Shown: one piece after another, positions 1 to 10,891 of the stretch
Layout: each line of letters starts with the position of its first letter
How positions within the stretch are numbered: position 1 is the stretch's first letter
DNA from: Macrostomum lignano
Lineage: Eukaryota
Reading direction: 5' to 3'
DNA: 64,000 nt
Assembly: GCA_002269645.1 (NCBI GenBank)
Contig: NIVC01000166.1
Coordinates: 124,001-188,000, forward strand
Notes under the pieces: model-generated
The model's input: only the letters and a program-made list of their open reading frames with translations
Databases searched by the model: none
Told to the model about the DNA's origin: nothing
Made by a program: the position numbers and the translations under genes

Positions 1-569
1 TTGTCAAATATATATTGTAGTAGTTCTCCGCCTGAATCGGCATTGCCATAGTCTATAAGGTACACAAGGGCGCGCATGCCCCTGTAAGCCTAATATGACG
101 ACAATATGAATAATATATAAATAGTGATGGCATGAATAGTATAAACATAATAGCAAGGACAAAAATAATTAAAATAATTGATAGCTTAGAATAATCCTAT
201 TGCATCCGTTCGGTGTTGCCGAAGTCGATGAAATGTATAAGAGCGTCACCTCTGACGTTAATACCCCAAAGCCACATAATGTGCATTATACGGTTGGTAA
301 TTAAAGCATAACTACTGGCGACGAATTAAACTCATAAATAACTCAAAAAGAAAATAAAAACTGAAAAAAGCCATTGAAAACTCGGAAAAAAATGCATATA
401 GGAATATAGCTAGCTCAGTTCGCTACTCAGCCCATTGACGAGTGCAGCAGCGCCACCTTCGTCAAAAATTATTTGCAGATTTTGGTCATATTTCGCAAAT
501 TTCATAGTATAGCTATCATAGGTATATATTTGTGGGGCAAAAGTAAGCACTACACACACACACACCGCA

Positions 570-860
570 CGCACGCTTTCTTCTGCCTTTGGCGCGTAGC
601 GCCATCCTCTGCCTTTGGCGCGTGGCGCCGTTCTCTGCCTTGGCGCGTGGCGCCGTTCTCCGCTTGGCGCGCTGCGCCGTTCTCTGCCTTGGCGCGCTGC
701 GCCGTCTCCGCCTTGGCGCGCTGCGCCGTGTCTCCGCCTTGGGCGCTCTTGCGCCGTCTCCGCCTTGGCGCGCCGCGCCGTGTCTCCGCCTTGGGCGCTC
801 CTGCGCCGGTTTCCTTCCGCCTTGGCGCGCCGCGCCGTGTCCCGCCGCCCTTGACGCTTG
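570..860. repeat. GC/CpG-rich degenerate minisatellite (~20-22 bp units, core GCCTTGGCGCG..GCGCCGT) in the Gypsy 3' UTR
   Basis: Tandem units are visible directly; a homologous array lies at ~52170-52580 on the opposite strand. Confidence 0.85.
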
Positions 861-1393
861 GCGTCGTTTGCCCGCAGTTGTCCGGACTGTGTCTCTGTGC
901 CGTGCCTCTGCTCTGCATCCTTTGCCTCATCCATCTGTCATCCTTGTTCTGTGTTTTGCCTCATCCATCGTATCACTTCTGCGCGTCCGTTTGTCGTTTT
1001 TATGATCGCGCGCCGCGCGCTCTGTTCCGCGCTACTTTGTGACCATTATCATATTTTGTTATGTTTTGTAACGCCACCATACTATGCTACTCGCGCTCAC
1101 CGCGCTCTACTGCTCTGTAATCCACCTACCGTCTCCTTCGTAATGTTCTGTAACTTTCTGTAATCCTACCACCTGTTCTGTAATTTTGACTTCGATTATT
1201 CAGCCACTTGTAAGCCTGTGGGTTAGTAATCCCTAAGGCCTCCAGTAATCATATACTCACATAAACTAACTCAACTCCACTGTAATTCATTCTACTGTAA
1301 TTTCATATGCTGCGGTCATGCTGTGTTTCTGCCGTCACCCCGCGTGTTGGTTTTCTTTTGCGTGGCCCTATCCTTTTTCGGAAGGGAGGCGGG

Positions 1394-2225
1394 TGTGACG
1401 TTGTCAGTTAAAGGTGGTCCCGAAAAGGGCCGCTGGACTATATTTTCCCTTGTAATTTCTCATATTAATTTCTCCAATAGTTTATTTTAACGTTTACTTA
1501 TAGTAGCGTGCAAATAATTTTTATCAACTGCTAATTCACTGTGTATTGGATAGACCTTGCGCCCGTCTGTAAATTTTGGCACGATCGATAATTTTAAGTT
1601 CTCTCGCCAGCCAATGAAAACCACTCGTGCTTCGCGCTACCCCCCTCTGCGCTCCTTTATTAAACCCCCTGCCTGGCGGCGGGCACTCCACCTTCCTCTC
1701 TCCTCTCTTTCTTATCTGTTCTTCCGTCCCCTTTTGCGTTCTTGTCTGGCTGCCTCGAGCCTCCTTATTTCTCGCCACGGCCCCTCTGTCTGGGCCGGCC
1801 TACTCACACACTTACTTGACTGCCTGCCACTGTCTGCCACGGCTAACGCCAATCTCACCACTACGCATCTGCCACTATTGTACTCATCGCCGTCTGTTGT
1901 ACTCATCGCCGTCTGTTGTACTCATCGCCGTTACTCACCACGTTGCATCGTCTTGCATCACTCGCCTACCACTCGACTACAATCTCTAACTCACCTTCAA
2001 TTCAAAACCATTGTTGCAGCCGCCAGTGCCCAAAGCGCAATAAGTTCTATATTGATATTAACCGCATCGAATATTGATCTCAACAATAATAACCAACTAC
2101 GGCCAGTTTCCGGCCTTGTATGCCAAGTGCTCCGCTACACAAATCCGCTATCAAGACTTGACTCGATTCATTTGGGACTAAAACGGCCCTTTTAAGGGTC
2201 ACGGACAACATCAAATAACGTGACA
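1394..2225 (+). repeat. 3' LTR (TG...CA, ~832 bp)
   Basis: TG/CA termini, preceded by a polypurine tract at 1380-1393, homologous to the LTRs at 50860-51689 and 58631-59459. Confidence 0.9.
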
Positions 2226-2435
2226 GTATTCTCATAATTCAATGGGAATTAATCGTTGTAAGTGTGAAATGGGGAGATTGACCGAAATGAAGCGAGGATG
2301 AGCGAAGCGAGTTGAGCGAAGTGAAGACGAGCGATAATGAAGGGAAAAACGAGTCATTTCACACTGATAAAGGGTTAAATCGTTTTGAATTATGAGAACG
2401 GTTTGCTGGCAATTTTGTACCGTCAATATTATTCT
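2226..2435. mobile_element. Outer ~210 bp of a Polinton right terminal inverted repeat (second copy of the family)
   Basis: Near-identical to ~59608-59800. The terminus is a variant (…AATATTATTCT versus …ATATTACTACT). Confidence 0.9.
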
Positions 2436-4324
2436 CGTGCAATCTTCACTTCTGTCAATCTTCAACACCAGCCTACTCATATCGCATATCCTCTGTATTT
2501 TTTCCTGTTCTCTTGGGTGAGGTCTATTTTTTGTGAGCAAGTGAATGCTGGAAACTGCGCTCAAACAAACGCCCACAGTGCTGATCAATGTAAACATCAG
2601 GTAAATTTAAACTTGCTCAGAGCAAACACTGAAGGCCACGCGCCAGCACCTGGCACATTTTTTTCTCGCGATTAACGTGTTAGTGGAAACTCAAATTACA
2701 AATGTCAGGGCGAAATTTATTAAGGTGAGTTGGCAATACAGTGTAATTTGAAAAATATTGCAAGGAACTAACCTAGATATTTAGTTCTGTTACCACCGAT
2801 GACTTATGTGATGACTCATTTCCTATTAATTTTTCATCCACATGAATCTCTGCACTATTGTAGGGGTTCACTGAAGTGCGATGCACTCAACGAACTCTTG
2901 ATCCTTCAAGCTACGAGTACATTCCGACGTTGGATTGCTTTACGAGCTTCCCCCCCAGTCACGTGACCTCTCATTATGCGCACGCATCTTGATTTTATTA
3001 GCCAATCACAGTTTGCGCCGGTCAAGGACACATCAAGGCCTCTGTGTTCACGCATTGCACGAATGCAGTTTTCCACTCTTTCTGACCCCCGGCCCACTCC
3101 ATCCACAGCAGAAAGCCGTGCATAACGTCTACTTTAAGTAGCTTACATGCAAAAAAGATGAGGGCTTTTAAAAAAGAGGAAATAAAGTAACAATTTTAAT
3201 GGAACATTCAATTTCAATAAACTAGCGATATACTTTTCTATCTGCCTGTGAGATTTAGGGATATTTTAAACAAATATTGATCGAACACGGACAGATGAAG
3301 TAGAAGGATGCTAAAATCGATTTTGTAAAAAAATTATCGAGCTGGATGGAGGCAGGTAAGGAAACGGTGTATTTGTAGTATAGCTGACACATTTAATACA
3401 CTCAAGAGAAATCGAACCCCTACTTAGCGCTATGCATTCTAACCAGCGATATTTTGAATACTAAAAAATTTAGCGCGTTTTTTTTGAAGAAAAATACTTG
3501 GCAAGTTTTGGTAATGGCAATTTTCTGCGAAAATTTACATAACAAACAGCCAATGCAAGCGTATAGAATTGGTTAAGTTCATGTCTACGCTTGTAAGTGG
3601 TTGCTAATGAAAAGAAAATATCAACTATGAATTCTATAGAGTTTTTTATCAGTTCGCACATATAGCTCAAATACAAGACAAATTAAAAAAGTTTAAAAAA
3701 ATCTCTGCCAACTATAGTTACCATCACTGCAACACTACTATCCTACAGTAGCATAAATAGAGTGTTACAATCTCTTTTTGTTGAGAAAATAAAGAAATTT
3801 AGTAAGTTAAAGTAGTGGATAGCGGTTTCAGCGAAAGGTTTATATATAGAATTAAGAATACCATCACACGTTTGTTTATCAAAATAAACTTCAAAGATCT
3901 GAGTGAAAAACTGAGACAATCTCTGAGTTCAATTAGTCTGAATATTTTATGAAGCTGCAGATATTACATAAGCATCACTCACAATGCGATTTGATTGTTT
4001 TGTAATCTAGATTACATAGGCAATGACTGTCAGAACCATTTGTGTCTATACCATTTAATATATATTATTTTGAAATTGAAATTCTGTCTTAGAATCATTT
4101 CATTTAAACAAAAATGATGTGTAGTTTCCTGCTTCGGTACAATTTTTACTGGCGGAGCTGCATAACAGGCGCCTTTCTTTACTCTATTGAAGTTAGTTTA
4201 GTCTGTCTTGTCAGTCTACAAGCTGAGTATACGAGTATGAACATTTATTTAGTAACTATGGCTGCAAATCATCATTATCGAGATCACATTGATGTACTTT
4301 TAGTTTGGACTTATCACGTCAACG

Positions 4325-7300
4325 TCAGGCTGCATTCTGCCGCATGCCCAAAGTCGGATACTTCAGCGGCCTTCGGATAGTCAGCTCGCAGCAGGGCACC
4401 TGTTGTCCATTGCTCCGATCGAGCACCCTGTTGATCACTCGGGGCACCACGGCGGTGAACTCTTCGCGATCCTGATTGAAATCATCAGCCACCACTGAGC
4501 ACAGCTGCTGCGTGAACAAGCCGCCACTTTCCGGGTGTCGGCCGCTCAATCGTCCAGGCGATGTGCTATAAAAGTACATGCAGTCTTCCAAAGACACCTG
4601 ATTGACCTGTTGAAACAGGCGGTGATTCGCTGGCGCGTCGCGGCAGGATTGAATAAAAAACAACTTTGGTTTGTCCTTCAGCTGCTGGCAGAGCTGGAAC
4701 TTTGAGTAGATAAGCTGGAGAGCCACTTGTCTTCCATCGTGAGAGTAGATAAAATCGTGACCGCCGTGGCTCATGAGGCACACAATGATGGCTTTGGAGT
4801 TTCTCAGCTCCTCTTCCGAGCAGATATTGGCAGGCAGGTGGTCGAAAAAGTGCGCGTTAACGTTTTGTACCTGCCTGCAGTCGAAGCCGAGGGAGGTAAA
4901 GCAGTGGTAAAGCGCGTTTTCGGCCATATCCGCCATGGAGCCCAGGCGTCGCGGCAGGTCCAGCCCAACGAAATCGTAGATGTTGATCACCAGAGCGATG
5001 CCCCGGTGGATGCCGTCCATGGGGTATGGCCCGGCTCTACTGGAGTCTTCCTGACCCCCAGTGGATTCGTTCGGTTCGCCGCCGCCCGTGGCGCCCTCTT
5101 CTTCTCGACCGCTTCCTCCGGGTCCGGAGCCCGAGGGGGGTGGCGGCTGGTCGCCGTTGCCTTGTTCGTCTTGTTCCATTGTGACGCCTTGACTCGACAG
5201 ATTGGCTAGGCGCCGAATTCTGCAGTGAGGCGGTAAGTGAATGTGCGCTTGGTTATCGTGTCAGAATCGGTGACTTCACAAGGGTTGCTCAGGAGCCCTG
5301 GTACCATTCCCTTTCTTTCAGAAACGTACGACCGTTACAATTTCTGCATCTCCTTTCCCAGCATGATTGTTTGTTTACGAAAAAATTGTGCACAGCTGGA
5401 GCATCTTGTGCGGGTTAGTTTTGGTTGAACACTAAGAAGTAACGTGCGATAATCGATGCGAAATACCTTGTTCGTATTACTCGTAACACCAAGTACTCGT
5501 ATTTAAAACAAGATTTTATAATTTTTTAAAGCGTCTTGGTGGTCGATGAGCGTTAAATGTTTGCGCTGAAACTTTAACCAATCAAACTTACAATTTCTCT
5601 AAAACCGTAGCGCACTCGTAGTGCTCGCAGAACTTCGCCCACTGCTGAGCGTTCATCTTCCGCTCGCCTTCCCTCTTCCAGAAGTCCAGCTCGTCTGGTT
5701 TGTTTAGCCGCTCTCCCAGCTCAAGGAGAACGCTTTTGTGACCGCATCGAGCGGCCCAGATCAGAGGGGTGTTGCCGGAAAAGTCTGCCAGCTTTAAATT
5801 GGCACCCAGTTTGCACAGTTCGCGAGCTGTCAACTCCAATCCCAGCTTTGCGGCGTACAGGATTGCCGAGTATCGCATCGCATCCTGCAGTGAATTTCGT
5901 ACCATCATTTTAAAGGGTTAGCTTGTGAAATCAGAGTCCGAAACTATCTTCTTTAAAATGGGCTCCCTGTGTATTTTTGGAGGTCTAAGGCTGTATCCAT
6001 CTTAGGGACGTTTTCGAAGTTGGAGCAGGTACGGGTATCTTGGTGCATTACTATTCAGTGTGATTGCATAGCACGATTGAACTACCTTTTGGTACTACAC
6101 TCTGTGTTGTCAATCTCAGTTATGTCAGCTTGATCGCGGCACAATGAAGATGAGGCCAATAAGTAAATTACTTCAAAGTTCGTCATCCGATCAAAGAGTC
6201 CTTCCAGCTCTTTCCATCTTGTCAGAAATCTCAAAAGATATGTTTGTTCGGACTGACTGACAAAAGCGTTCGATTAGAGTTTAGAGGATTAAAACCACCA
6301 TTTGTATCGATTTAAATACACGGGAACTGCTTTCGCCTTTCTGCCTCTGACGATAATATGAGTACATTAAACTCAATTGTGTTACAGTAAATCAATAATT
6401 TTCTCAGTAAAGAAACTCATACCTGACGATTAATATCTGCTCCCATATTGACGAGCGGCTCCAGAACGTCTGTGCGGTTATTTTTGGCCGCAAGAATCAG
6501 TGGCGTCTGACGTAGATTGTCCTCGGCATTGATTTCCGCCTTCAAAGCGATCTCGTTACTTTTAAAAGCCTCGCTAAACGCTGCCAGTACACTCTTGTGT
6601 CCCTTGACGGCAGCCCAGCACAGGGCAGTCCGGCCCTGCACATCTTTTGCACCGATTTCCAAGGATTTTTTTAGCATCTCGCTGACGATCTCGTCCTTGC
6701 CTTTGATGCACGCAATAATCAGCGGAGTTTGGCTCATTGGCCCGAAAGTTTGTTTGCACTTTTCCGGAGTGTCGCTTTGCTTCCGGAGCTGCTGGTCCGT
6801 CCACTGGTCCGGCGATGCCGGTCTGAAATTGGTTAATAGTTGTTAGCCTGTCTTAAGAATTCTGTAAGTTTTTTTAACTCACTTCCAGTCACCAAACACG
6901 AACTACATGCAGCATGCAATACGCAAACCATGCAAATCATGCAAACCATGATTGGAAGATGCATGAACATGCACTTACAGAGATTCCTCAGTGGAGCCGC
7001 CGTCTAGGAAAAACTTCTTAGTCAGGCTGGTCACGGCTGACGCACCGGAGCCGAATCGCTCAGTTCCCTTCTTCATCTCCGCCAGGCCCAAGCGTCTGTT
7101 CACCTCTGCCACCACGGTCTCAATGTGCTCCTTGCTGAACTTCTCATCGCGAATGACGGAGCAAACTGTATCCGAAAGTGACCCGGTGCTGCCGCCACTG
7201 CACAGAAGAAATTCGTGCTCAGGCAGACGGAACGAGGACTCCTCCAGTGAGCAGGCCTCAAGGCCCTCCGGCTGCTTCTCTGCTTGAATGAAGAAGATCT

Positions 7301-10168
7301 TCGGCTTGTCCTTCAGACCGGGGCACTGGCTGGCTCGAAATCGGGCCACGATGTCTCTGACTTCGATTTCTTCTCCGTCGCTGGCAAAGACGCTGCCACC
7401 AGTGCCGTGTCCGATGAGGAAGCACACGAAGCTGCTTATGTCAGCGAGATCCTGCGAAGTTACCACATTGTCAATGCATCTCCAAAAATCTGTACACCGA
7501 GGATTGTTGTATTTCTCAACAATAAAACTGAGTTTTTTGAAAGCATCCTCTATGTTTTGAGCCTCGTTTTCGAGATTTTTTGAGGGTGGAAACGTCGAAG
7601 TGTCGCCGCATTGTTCCACGGTAATAATGAGGCACAACCCCTTTTCTCGAGTCGCCATCTCAAAAGTGTCGCTAGTAGACGACCTGTTTGGGATTAGAAA
7701 AAGCAACCTGTTTGTATTGCAGGGTGATTTGCAGATAAATTAACTTTATTTGACACTCACGATGCGTCCGGCATTAGAGCAAGTTTTGCTCCGTCTTGTG
7801 GACTTTCTGTAGGTGTGCTTGGTTCGGATGGACCCGCAATGGCTGAAAGTTTAGGGTACCGAGTATTTAGGACATTAGTTCATAAGTTGCTCTAATTATG
7901 CTCGATAACTCTAATTTATCAATCAAGCCTGGGTTAGTATATAGTGGCTTACCCCGTCCGTGAAGAAGAAACGGGTGTTTAAGAAGTTCAGTAGCCGACT
8001 TCCTTTGATCTCTTTTCTGAGCGGTGCAGTTTCGGTAGAAGTCCTTTAAAGTGTTCGGGCAATTGTCGGGCAGGGGTGGTGCTCCCTGGTTTTTAACCCT
8101 GCGAACGATGGCTAGCATGTTCTTGCAGTCCCGGTGAGGCCGGTCTCCAGTCACCATCTGGTAAATCACGCAGCCGAACGCCCAGATGTCGGAGGTGCAG
8201 CTGTACGGAGTGTCTTCCGTTCCCTCCGTCAGAAACAGCTCGGGCGCCATGAACGCTGGGTCGCCCTTTGGATTTCCAGTCACGTGATCAGAGGCCGACT
8301 CGACGAGTTGAACTGCCAAACCGAAGTCGATTAGCTTAATATTTCGGTTATCTTCTAACACCATGATTGTGCGACAGTTCACGTCTCTGTGAATAATTAT
8401 CCCTGAAGTCATTGTGTGAAGGTAAGATAGGGCGCTACAGATCTGGAAGGTAAAATTAAAAACTTGAATCTGAGTTCAGTTCTTGAGTAGTTTTTTCTTA
8501 ATATTTATCTTACCTGTTTTGCAAGCTGTGATACAGTGCCGTAGTCTAGCGGCTTGCATCTGTTGATGAAGCTCTCCAGTGTTTGGCCATCAATCAGCTC
8601 CATCGAGACCAAAACGGACGGCTCGGCTGTCACTAGCGACATGTCCAGAAACCGGACAATATTTTCATGTTCCAACTTACAAAGACGCTTCTCATCATTG
8701 AAAATTTCTTTTAACTTTCCAAGCTGCTGGTCCTGCTGCTGGTCCTCGCCCAGCTGTACAGGCAGTCGGATGACCTTCGCCGCCCGACGCTTGGTGCCCT
8801 GCTTCTCCACAATTTCCAGCACATCGCTGTGCGCGCCTCGGGCTATGTGTCGCTTCTTTATCCAGCCAGGAAAAACCTCGGCTTCCTCCGGGCTGAAAAT
8901 CAATATAGAAATTATTGCACCATCTCGAAGATAGGGTCCAAGAGAATTCCCCGCAGACAAATTGCCCGCCGAGATTTGCCAGCAGTGCGATTTGCCCGCC
9001 GAGTTTTTCCTGCCGAGGTTTGCCCGCAATGCTTTTTTCCTGCAGCTCATTTACCCATTTGTCTGCATTGCATTCTCAATGCTTAGTACATGTAAATCTT
9101 AACAAAGAGATTTACGAGTACACGATCAAAACGTTTTGCATGATAGTAACTGCTTATCAAAAGGGGGGCCGTAGCCCAGCGGTAGCGCAGCTGCTCTGGT
9201 GTGCCAGCGACCCAGGCTCGATTCCAAGTGCAGTCACATTAATTTGGGGCTGAATTGGAATCTCGGCTTGGCTCTGCTCGTGCAATTAACGGCCTTGAGA
9301 GCCAACCCCCCAAGGCGCAGTGAAGTGCACATGCCTAACGATAATATAAAATTAGGGCCGCTGTACACTCCTGTGTGAGTGTGTGCCTGCGTAACGTATC
9401 CGCGCGCTTGTATGCCTGCTCAGGGGAGTCGGCGGAATGGGCAGTAATGCCTCTCGCCGGTTGTGTGCCCATGTCGCTTAAAGTGCGCCAAGGTGCACAC
9501 AACCCCCCTGCCTCTAATAAAAAAAACTGCTTATCAAATGATTTTGGGGGGGGGCAATGCAGACAGAATCTAGCTGCCAAATGCGCTGCAGTAAAAAAGC
9601 ACCGCGGGCAAACCCCGGCGGGAAAAAACTCGGCGGGCAACTCGCTCGCGGGTAATTCACTAGCGGGCAAATTGCACTGCGGGCAAATCTCGGCGGGCAA
9701 TTTGTCTGCGGGCATTTCTCGTGCTCCCGTGCGACGCTAAGCTACCCCAATCAGTCTTGTCGTATCTTTTATTTCAGAATCGTCCAAGAGAAATTGCACA
9801 CTGGCGCATAGAGTGGCGACTTTTCAATATGGCTGAGTATAAGTTAATTTAACTTTTAACATTTAAACTTGCTTGCTAAAGGCAGGGACGTAGCCAGGAT
9901 TTCCGATTAGGGAGGCACGTCTGCTAGAAATTGGAGGCCCCAAGCGCCGGATTACATTAGCCCTAATAGCTCCGCCGGTCAAAGATTGAATAAATAAATT
10001 TACAGTTCATTTAGAATTGATTTGAACAAAATAGCAATATTTGACCTGCGCAGCCAAGGATGACCAAAAAGACTTTGACAATTCTCCATTTAAAGTACGA
10101 GTTTGGAAACAATGCAACGAATTCACTAATCAACTCTGTATTAGTTAATACACTTACCAAGGCTGCAT
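4325..10168 (-). CDS. Kinase-like / inactive caspase-like / ankyrin x6 / caspase multidomain protein, paralog A (~1084 aa, 8 exons)
   Basis: Hand-derived GT-AG exons: 10168-10158, 8892-8514, 8442-7953, 7842-7761, 7683-6979, 6822-6423, 5884-5592, 5219-4325. The sum is 3255 nt, one open frame, intron phases 2,0,1,2,2,0,2. Motifs: HRDVNCRT/DFG/APE; GHG + QAEKQ; TPLxxA ankyrin repeats; SHG + QSCRD. Confidence 0.85.
8934..9728. mobile_element. Foldback/MITE-like element with ~150-bp inverted arms built of ATTTGCCCGC sub-repeats, in intron 1 of paralog A
   Basis: 8942-9050 is the inverted complement of ~9590-9720. No TSD was identified and the ends are approximate. Confidence 0.7.
9163..9240 (+). 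mobile_element. tRNA-derived SINE head or tRNA-like fragment
   Basis: GGGGCCGTAGCCCAGCGGTAG resembles an A-box and GGCTCGATTCC a B-box; no complete cloverleaf. Confidence 0.55.
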
Positions 10169-10891
10169 TTTGAGCAGAGTACAGGACTGGGGTCTCCTCA
10201 GGTAGAATTCTGTAGGCTTGGTCTTGACAACGAGAGCTTTGCAAGTAGATAGATTATGTAGACTGCGCTGTCTAGTTACTTGTAGACAGAGGGCCAAAAT
10301 GGCGGGTGGAGGGGAGGAGGGAGGGTGGCATGAAACACATTGGAGTAATGCACGGGGCGGGCGGCCAGTCCTCTCTACCCGCATTTACCCTGCGCAGCAC
10401 CAACCCCAGTGAGCGGCAGAAAGGCAGAAAACTGCATGCACAACTGTACAATACGGAAACAAGAGCTATGTGTATAGCCTTTATGGCGGATAGCTGAAAA
10501 AGCAAAAACTCTAAAGTACGTTTTTGTAATCGGGTCTGATATGGGTTCGGCTGAATTTGAAAAATGGAGACGAGATGAGCGACGCTACTAAAAGCGCTGC
10601 TGGTTTTGCAGCGATATTGTAGCCTCTACGCCAAAGCACGTGACAACTGCTTTAGGGTATGAGAGCTCTTTAGTGCTGGAATGTACGCCAAAGATATGGT
10701 ACCTTGTTCAGACTTCTTTCCCTAGATGCACACTGTGTCAGACAGTGGTTAGGATAAATGAATAAAAATGAATAATGTGACAACCTAAAAATTGGGTTGC
10801 AGAAAATTACGCCAGTTTTCCAGCGTTAAGATTTGCCTAGTAGCGAAATCATTGCTGTAGGGCGATTAAATTAAACGAGAACTCCCTGTCC

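Larger units (their letters stand above)
1..2225 (+). mobile_element. 3' portion of a Gypsy/Ty3 LTR retrotransposon (3' UTR, PPT, 3' LTR); diverged relative of the element at 50860-59459
   Basis: Clear reverse-complement similarity to ~50860-53130, with the same UTR, minisatellite and LTR blocks. PPT GGAAGGGAGGCGGG lies directly before an LTR that starts TGTGACG (1394) and ends CGTGACA (2225). Confidence 0.9.

Noticed and set aside
410-1163. Overlapping Arg/Ala-rich ORFs on both strands (likewise 51879-52676)
   Set aside because: They are products of a GC-rich minisatellite that lacks stop codons; no domain motifs.
9884-9960. hAT-like MITE end (CAGGGACGTAGCCAGGATTT…)
   Set aside because: Only one end is recognisable; no partner TIR or TSD was found.
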